In this document: positions 57,630-64,000 of the stretch, one piece after another
Position numbering within the stretch: position 1 is the stretch's first letter
How the letters are laid out: every line of letters begins with the position of its first letter
From: an uncultured delta proteobacterium
Lineage (GTDB): Bacteria; Myxococcota_A; Polyangia; Palsa-1104
Assembly: GCA_963785725.1 (NCBI GenBank)
Contig: CAWAWS010000003.1
Location: 448,001 to 512,000 of the forward strand
DNA length: 64,000 nucleotides
Reading direction: 5' to 3'
The notes under the pieces: model-generated
The model's database searches: none
What the model was told of the DNA's origin: nothing
What the model saw: only the letters and a program-made list of their open reading frames with translations
Program-made: the position numbers and the translations under genes

Positions 57630-59384
57630 TCAGAGGCCCCCGCGACGACCGTTGTCGACGGCGGCTCCGGTGCGCGTGCCCTTGTCCAGGTCATCCTCGT
57701 CGTCGGCGCGGCGCATCTGGCGCAGCACGGCGCGGTCGTTGCTGAGCAGCGTCGACGCCGAGCCGGTGGCGTCGGCCAAGAGCGCGATCTCGGCGCTGCG
57801 CGCCTCCATCTCCGTCTTTACGACCTGCAGGCGCGCCGCCGCTTCGGCCTGCGCCAACTCCAGCTGCAGCCGCTTGAGCTCGTTGGCCACCTCGATCTGC
57901 TTCTTCGAGGCCAGCTCGTCCTGTTCCCACTCCCAGCGCGCCACGCCCATGAGCACCTTGCCCTGCGCCACGAAGACGTCGGTGAGGTTGACGCCGTCAT
58001 CGGTGAGCTTGAGCTCGCGGACCTGGTTCGAGTGTCCCGTGCCGCGTGATTTGACGATCGTCAGGGCACGGTTGCGCTCGCCGTCCTGGACCAAGTAGGA
58101 GAGATGAATCCAGGTATCGGCAATGGTCGAGATGCCCGTCGCCGTCGCCTCGTCGGTGCGGAGCCCGTCCATCAAGGACGTGTTGACCACCGTGATTCCT
58201 TCACTCTTGAGATGGTCCAGAAACTGTTGCGCGGCATCGGCCGAGGCCAGGTGGCCCTTCTTCGTCGAGAGCGCCGAGAGCGGGTCGATCACCAGGCAGC
58301 GCGGGCTGAACTGCCGCACCTTCGTGCGCAGATCGCCGAACTGGTCCTCGATGTTGGGTCCGCGCGTGCGTGTCGAGAACATCTTGAGCATGCCGGACTT
58401 CAAATGCGGAGCGAGAAAGACGCCGACCGACTGAAGGTTTCGCACGATCTGATCGGCGCCCTCGTCGAAGCTGACGTACAGCGTGCGCTCGCCCCGAGCG
58501 CAGGCGGCGGCGGCAAAGAGGCCGGACAGCGTCGACTTGGCGGTGCCGGGCGCGCCCGAGATGAGGACGTTGCTGCCGCGGTGGAAGCCGCCGCAGAGCA
58601 TGTTGTCCAGCCGCGGGACGCCCGACGAAATCCGCTCGTCGGTGACGTTGTACTTGAGCTCGCTCGGGCCGCGATTGTTGAGCTGCAGCCCCGCGTTGGT
58701 GAGCGCGATCGGGAACTCGTCGCCGGCAAAGCCCGAGCCGCGATATTTCATCACGCGCAGATTCCGGAAGCTGGACCCGTCGATGACCTCGTGGTGCAGC
58801 ACCACGACGCAGTCGACCATGAATTGCAAGAAGCTGTAGCGTTGGTCCGCTTCGACGCGGCCGACCTTCTGCGTGATGATTCCCGTCAGCCCAGTTTCCG
58901 CCAGCCAGTCGCGGATGCGATAGACCTCACGCCGCTCGGCGACGGGATCGTCGAGTAGGCCGAGCAGGACGTCGAGTCCGTCGAAGACGATCCGCGTGGC
59001 CTTCATCTCGTCCGCCTTGGCCCGCAGCATCCCCAGCATTCCAATCAGGTCGAACTCTCCAGCCTTCACCACTTCGGGCGAGAGGCGTGCGTCCAAGAAG
59101 AAGAGCTTCCTGTCGGTGAGCGCCGGCAGATCCCAACCGAACGTGGCTGCGTTGGCGGCGATCTGCGCCGTGCTCTCCTCGAATGCGACGAAGAGGCTGG
59201 CGTCGTTCCCCAAATGCGCCCCATTGACGAGCGACTGCAGCGCAAACACCGTCTTGCCGCAGCCCGGTCCGCCCATGATGAGCGTCGTTCGCCTGCGGGG
59301 CAGCCCACCATCGGTGATTTCATCGAATCCGGTGATGCCGGTGAGCATCTTGGTGATGGCTGCATGAGCGGGCTGGCTGTCCAT
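57630..59384 (-). CDS. kaiC: Circadian clock protein KaiC (double RecA-like domain)
   Basis: TGITGFDEITDGGLP, GGPGCGKT, FEES, KYRGS, GAPGTAKS, ISTIADT, KSRGTGHSNQ. Confidence 0.93.
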   Translation of the reverse strand: MDSQPAHAAITKMLTGITGFDEITDGGLPRRRTTLIMGGPGCGKTVFALQSLVNGAHLGNDASLFVAFEESTAQIAANAATFGWDLPALTDRKLFFLDARLSPEVVKAGEFDLIGMLGMLRAKADEMKATRIVFDGLDVLLGLLDDPVAERREVYRIRDWLAETGLTGIITQKVGRVEADQRYSFLQFMVDCVVVLHHEVIDGSSFRNLRVMKYRGSGFAGDEFPIALTNAGLQLNNRGPSELKYNVTDERISSGVPRLDNMLCGGFHRGSNVLISGAPGTAKSTLSGLFAAAACARGERTLYVSFDEGADQIVRNLQSVGVFLAPHLKSGMLKMFSTRTRGPNIEDQFGDLRTKVRQFSPRCLVIDPLSALSTKKGHLASADAAQQFLDHLKSEGITVVNTSLMDGLRTDEATATGISTIADTWIHLSYLVQDGERNRALTIVKSRGTGHSNQVRELKLTDDGVNLTDVFVAQGKVLMGVARWEWEQDELASKKQIEVANELKRLQLELAQAEAAARLQVVKTEMEARSAEIALLADATGSASTLLSNDRAVLRQMRRADDEDDLDKGTRTGAAVDNGRRGGL

Positions 59385-59858
59385 GAGGTCCTTTGGAATA
59401 GAGAGCGCGCGGCGAGCCCGCTCGCACGGAGCGCGCCATACTAACTGTTGGTAAACGATCGATGCAGAAGCGGGCGAAGATGGATTGCCGCGAGAGGGCA
59501 CGCTCGCGCGAGCGCGCCCATTCATGAGTGTGCCCGGAATGGCATCTTTGTCCATTCTTATCCGGTGCGACATACGCGCGAGCGCAGGCTACGTTGGGTT
59601 CGCGCCTGCTTGCAGCCACTTCTACGATCTTTGAAGGTGCGACAAAATGCCGCACCTACTCGTGTAGACAGGTCTGCACGATCATGTCTGAAGCGGACGA
59701 TCGTCACGATTGGGCGCTCGCGAGAAAGAAAGAGGCAGGCGGCGCCGCGGTCCAATAGTCGTAGCCCGTCTCCGCTCGACCAGGCTTATCGCTGCGTACT
59801 CCGAGAATCTGACAGGTCGGACGCTCGCGTGACCAATCACGTTCAAGGCCGTTCCAAC

Positions 59859-61013
59859 TCAGGGCAGGTTGATGGTGTCCGACTTCAACGTGATCTGTCC
59901 GGTCGTGCACAGCAGTCGGCCGTTGACCGTCGTGCCCAGCTCGACCGAGTTCGAGGACTGAGCCAGGACGGTGCCGTTGAAGCTCACGTTGGCGCTCATG
60001 CTCGACGCCGAGCCGACGGCCCAAAAAACGTTGGCCGCCTGCGCCTGGTTGACGAGGACGACGCTGGCGCCGGTGTTGACCGTCAAGGTCGAGCCGATCT
60101 GAAAGATCCAGACCGCGTTGGGATCGCCTTGGCCGTCGAGCGTGAGCGTGCCACCGACGGCGATGTCCATCGACGAGGCCGGCTGCGACGTGTAGACGCC
60201 GGGCGCGAGGTGCTGGCCGGCCAAGTTCGCGGTGACGATGATGCCGGGCGGACGCCCAGTCGCGTCGGCGTACGCCGAGACGAGGTCGGCCTTGGCGGCG
60301 GCGGCCTTGCCCGCCGGATCGTCGGCGTACAGCGTTCCGTTGATCGTCGGATCGATGGCCGAGCAAGGCATTCCGTCCCCGAGGCAGGTGGCGGTCGGGC
60401 TGAGCCCCACGTCGCCGTTGAGCACCGTGATGCCGCCCGAATTGGTGTTGGTGAGCCCGGCGCCGGACACGGCCACGAAGGTGGCGAGCGAGCGCAGGTT
60501 CACCGGCTGCATGCAAGGGATCGCGCTCGTCGTGAAGCTCCAGACTTTGTCGGCGGCCAGCGCCACGCCGGCGAGGTCCTGGACGCCGGTCGTGAGGGTG
60601 GCGGTGTAGGTCTTGCCGCCCAGCAGGCTGCTCGACGGCAAGAAGGACGCTCGCTTGGTCGCGGCGTCATAGTCGACCGCGCCTGTGACCGGCGTCGGGC
60701 CCGGCGCCGCCAGCAAGAAGGTGCCGGTATCGATGGTCAGCGCGGCCATCGCCCGGTCGAACGTCGCGTCGATCGCGAACGGGACGCAGATGCTGGTCGC
60801 GTCACCGGCCGGATTGGTCGCCACCACCTGCGGCGCCGTCGGCTGACCGCCGTCATCGCCGCCGCTCATCGCCAGATCGCCCGCGGCCAGATCTTCCGTT
60901 GGCGCCGCCAAATCGTTGGTCGCGGAGAGATCGAGGAACTGGACCAGCGGCTGTCCGCAGCCGGCCACTGTCGAGATCAACAGCAGCGCAATGCCACTCT
61001 TCGAGATGTTCAA
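59859..61013 (-). CDS. Ice-binding family (DUF3494) lipoprotein with Ig-like domain
   Basis: VAGC lipobox; Big_5-like domain; GDVGLSP, LAPGVY, LDGQGDPNAVWIFQIGS, NVFWAVGS. Confidence 0.9.
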   Translation of the reverse strand: MNISKSGIALLLISTVAGCGQPLVQFLDLSATNDLAAPTEDLAAGDLAMSGGDDGGQPTAPQVVATNPAGDATSICVPFAIDATFDRAMAALTIDTGTFLLAAPGPTPVTGAVDYDAATKRASFLPSSSLLGGKTYTATLTTGVQDLAGVALAADKVWSFTTSAIPCMQPVNLRSLATFVAVSGAGLTNTNSGGITVLNGDVGLSPTATCLGDGMPCSAIDPTINGTLYADDPAGKAAAAKADLVSAYADATGRPPGIIVTANLAGQHLAPGVYTSQPASSMDIAVGGTLTLDGQGDPNAVWIFQIGSTLTVNTGASVVLVNQAQAANVFWAVGSASSMSANVSFNGTVLAQSSNSVELGTTVNGRLLCTTGQITLKSDTINLP

Positions 61014-62209
61014 TTGGAGCTCCCATCATTGACGCGGACGAGGTCGACCAGGAACTCGACTCGTCGATTGGCCTCGCGGCCGGCTTCGGTGTCATTGCGA
61101 TCGAGCGGCTGCGACGAGCTGAAGCCCTTGAACGCCAAACGATCGGCGGCGATACCGTGCGTCGCCAGATAGTCGAGGACCGCGCGCGCTCGCTCCTCGG
61201 ACAGGCTCTGATTGTGCGTCTCGGTTCCCGAAGAATCGGTGTGTCCCTCGATGCGCACCCGAAAAGACTTGTTGTCTTTGAGCGCCTGCACGACCTCGTC
61301 GAGCAGCGGGTACGATTGCGGCTCGATGGCCGCTCGGTCCCAGGAAAAGAGGATCTTCTCTTTGAGCTCGAGCTTATCCGGCTTCACCACCACCTTTCGG
61401 TAGACGGGGCAGCCGCGATTCTCGACCGGACCGGCCACGTCGGGGCAGACGTCGGCGACATCGGCCAGACCGTCGCCGTCGCCGTCGGGACAACCCCAGG
61501 TCGCCCGCGGGCCGGGCTGATCGGGACACTTGTCGACACCATCGACGACGCCGTCGCCGTCGCGATCGGTCACCGCCGCCGCGGCGCACAGGCTGCATTC
61601 CGCCGGCTTGGCGAGCGCGCGGCGATGCGGCGAGCCGACCTCGAGCGAGGCGCCGACGATGAAGAGGCTCGCGTCCCGGTTGTCGGCGCCGACGCGCTCG
61701 CCCTGCACGATCTGGACGTAGCGCACGAACGGTCCGAGCCACAGGCGTCGATCGTCGTCGAGCGCCGACGAGAGGCCGGCGCCGACCGAGAAGCCGAAGC
61801 GGTCGAGATCGCCCGTGCGCACGTACATCGCGTCGCCGTCCAGCCACGGCGAGTAGCCGCGCGCCAGATCGTGCGGCCGCTTGAGCCGCAATCCGGCGCC
61901 CAATCCCCACGCCGCGCCGGTATCGGTCGACGGCGCTCCGGCGCGCGCCGGCAGGCCGATATAGGTGAGGCCCGCCTGGGCGTCGAGATAGCGCCCGATT
62001 CCGATCATGCCCTTGAACGACCCGCCAAAGCCGGGCCCGAAGAGCCGCGCTTGCGGATCGCCGGCCGGCGCCGCCATGCCCGGCTCCAATTTCAGGCCCC
62101 AATCGACGGCCAGCGCTTGCGCCGGATAGGCCAGCAACGCGAGTGCGAAGAGAGACGGGCCGAAGGGCTCGCGCTTGAACGACTTGATCGCGTTGGTCAT
62201 GGGCTCCAT
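61010..62209 (-). CDS. OmpA family protein with beta-barrel and TSP3-like repeats
   Basis: DRDGDGVVDGVDKCP; IEGHTD, NQSLSEERA, NRRVEF. Confidence 0.92.
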   Translation of the reverse strand: MEPMTNAIKSFKREPFGPSLFALALLAYPAQALAVDWGLKLEPGMAAPAGDPQARLFGPGFGGSFKGMIGIGRYLDAQAGLTYIGLPARAGAPSTDTGAAWGLGAGLRLKRPHDLARGYSPWLDGDAMYVRTGDLDRFGFSVGAGLSSALDDDRRLWLGPFVRYVQIVQGERVGADNRDASLFIVGASLEVGSPHRRALAKPAECSLCAAAAVTDRDGDGVVDGVDKCPDQPGPRATWGCPDGDGDGLADVADVCPDVAGPVENRGCPVYRKVVVKPDKLELKEKILFSWDRAAIEPQSYPLLDEVVQALKDNKSFRVRIEGHTDSSGTETHNQSLSEERARAVLDYLATHGIAADRLAFKGFSSSQPLDRNDTEAGREANRRVEFLVDLVRVNDGSSN

Positions 62210-62262
62210 TCGGACATCGAGAGCTGCCGCGTGTGTCGAGCTAGGTTTCGCGGCGCGCCTGG

Positions 62263-62532
62263 TTATTGATCATTGGCCGGCTTGTCGCCCGGCTTGGTCT
62301 GCGGCGGCAGCGGCTTGCCTTCGTCGATCGCCTTGACGGTGGCTTTGTGGTGCGCGTCTTCCGCTTTGCGCTCCTCGCTGCCGGCAATTCCGTACTGACC
62401 ATTGGAAGCCGCCGTATCCGAGTTCTGCTGATGAGCGAGCGCGCGCTGCTGCTCCTGCCGCGAGGTCGCACAGCCCGCCGCGCAGGCGCCGGCAAGCAAG
62501 GCCAAAGCGAATGCGCAGATCGTCTTGTTCAT
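62263..62532 (-). CDS. Small lipoprotein
   Basis: MNKTICAFALALLAGACAAGC; GGAGG Shine-Dalgarno. Confidence 0.65.
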   Translation of the reverse strand: MNKTICAFALALLAGACAAGCATSRQEQQRALAHQQNSDTAASNGQYGIAGSEERKAEDAHHKATVKAIDEGKPLPPQTKPGDKPANDQ

Positions 62533-62702
62533 GAGGTCCTCCGCGCCGCCCACTTTGCACGCGTCGAGCCAGTGCTCGACCCGGTCGCGGCGCCAGCCCG
62601 GGTCGACGAATGTGGGGCGAATAGGGGCACCGTGGCGTTATGCCCGTGGGGCCGCGCGCTTTCGCCGGTCAATGGGTGACGGTTGCGCGACCGCGCCGTC
62701 TC

Positions 62703-63521
62703 TTAGTGCGTCGTGAAGGCGACCATTGCGGGCGCGGCGCCGCTGACGAGACTGTCGTCGTCGTTGTGCAGCTCCAGCGTCACCGTATGGTCGCCGGCGG
62801 CCGTCGGACAGAGGCCGAAGAGCGCGTTGATCGGGCTCGCCGATCCGGTCGCGTTGTAGTCGCTGCCCGTCGCGTTGCAGGCCGTGCCGTCGATGAGCAG
62901 GTTCACGTGGCCGCAGCCGCTGCCGCAGCCCGCGGTGCCGGGCGCCGCGAGCGTGAAGTTCTCGGTCGCAAACTCGACGGCGACGCTCTTGTTGACGTCG
63001 ACGCCCAGCGCCTCGTCGGCGCCCGCCGACGGCGACGTGATGGAGATCGAAGCGGCGCCGTCGTTTCCGGTGACGGTCTTGATCGTGACCGACGCGGCGA
63101 CGGTCTTGCCGGCCGCATTGAGCAGCGGCGAGTGATCGTTGTTGTGCAGCTCGACGGTCAGCACGTGACTTCCGGTGGCCGTGGCACAGGACGAGAAGAG
63201 CGCGTTGATCGGGCTGGCGGCGCCTTCGTTGTTATAGGCGAACGGCAGGCTGTTGCAGGCGGTTCCGTCGATCAACAGCTCGACGTGGCCGCAGCCGACG
63301 CCGCAGCCGAGCGACTCCGCCGGCATGAGCAGGAAGTTCGTGGTGGTGAAGGTGACGGGGAGCTTGAGCTGATCGTCGGTCCCCAGCGTCGACGTGCCGC
63401 TACTGGACGGCGTGACGATGGCGATCGCAGGCGCCACGCTCTTGGCGCTCGAGCCGCCGCAGCCAATGGTCATGAAGACGCAGCTCGAAATCGTAAGCAG
63501 ACCGATTGTCCTAAGCTTCAT
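62703..63521 (-). CDS. Lipoprotein with two tandem Ig-like domains, each carrying CGxGCGH and ELHN
   Basis: IGC lipobox; duplicated CG(V/S)GCGHV.LLIDGTACN...SPINALF..C...G.H..T.ELHN.D. Confidence 0.75.
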   Translation of the reverse strand: MKLRTIGLLTISSCVFMTIGCGGSSAKSVAPAIAIVTPSSSGTSTLGTDDQLKLPVTFTTTNFLLMPAESLGCGVGCGHVELLIDGTACNSLPFAYNNEGAASPINALFSSCATATGSHVLTVELHNNDHSPLLNAAGKTVAASVTIKTVTGNDGAASISITSPSAGADEALGVDVNKSVAVEFATENFTLAAPGTAGCGSGCGHVNLLIDGTACNATGSDYNATGSASPINALFGLCPTAAGDHTVTLELHNDDDSLVSGAAPAMVAFTTH

Positions 63522-63624
63522 TCGGTGTTCCTCGTGGCGCTCTCGAGTCGAGACGCCGGTTGCAGCCGTTAAGTGAAGGTCCTATGCGTAGCCGTAATCT
63601 TCGGATCGCTTGGTGCCGTGGTCG

Positions 63625-64000
63625 CTACTTGCCGGCCGGCTGAACGATGATCTCGACGCGGCGATTGTTGGCGCGACCATCGGCGCTGTCGTTCGAAGTG
63701 ATGGGGCGCGCCTTGCCTATGCCGTGCGCCGCAATCCGATCGGGCTCGTAGCCGCGGGTGACGAGATAGCTGCGCACCGAATCGGCGCGGCGCTGCGACA
63801 GGTCGAGGTTGTGGCTCTCGGAGCCGCGCGAGTCGGTGTGTCCCTCGACGACGATGTTGCGCTCCTTGGTCGCCAAGAGCGCGTCGGCCACCTGGCCGAG
63901 CCGCGTCTGGGCCTCGGGCAGCAGCATCGACTGATCCGACGGGAACAAGACGCTGCCGCTCAGCGTGATGACCATGCCGCGATCTTCCTCTTTGACGGCC
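63625..64000 (-). CDS. OmpA/MotB family protein, C-terminal part (5' end lies beyond the window)
   Basis: VEGHTD, NLDLSQRRA, GRANNRRVEI. Confidence 0.88.
   Translation of the reverse strand, partial: AVKEEDRGMVITLSGSVLFPSDQSMLLPEAQTRLGQVADALLATKERNIVVEGHTDSRGSESHNLDLSQRRADSVRSYLVTRGYEPDRIAAHGIGKARPITSNDSADGRANNRRVEIIVQPAGK

Overview
High-GC bacterial window, most consistent with Myxococcota: it has an Oar-like TonB-dependent receptor, many Cys-lipoproteins and a MYXO-CTERM-like sorting signal. Left part: a Cys-rich peptide paired with a ferritin-like diiron protein, a TBDR/lipoprotein operon, housekeeping and accessory genes, a small lower-GC island (proteasome-beta-like protein + DUF2971) next to a junction of two 5'-truncated genes, and a 2,200-aa Cys-repeat surface protein. 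Centre (about 29.2-49.7 kb), the main finding: a RiPP-like protein-modification cluster built around a 200-aa Pro/Thr-repeat substrate with a twin-arginine/WxxPxV leader. It carries four PqqD/RRE domains (three fused to plant HPAT/SGT1-like glycosyltransferase domains), five Fe(II)/2OG oxygenases, two Skp1-type GT60 GlcNAc transferases, an O-fucosyltransferase-like protein, three sulfotransferase-like proteins and nucleotide-sugar enzymes. Together these suggest a leader-directed bacterial hydroxyproline-rich glycoprotein (extensin-like) pathway. Right part: a two-component cluster, kaiC-kaiB-histidine kinase, an ice-binding protein/OmpA pair and further lipoproteins. All family calls come from motif recognition by eye; no database search was run. 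No rRNA, tRNA, CRISPR array or transposase was recognised.
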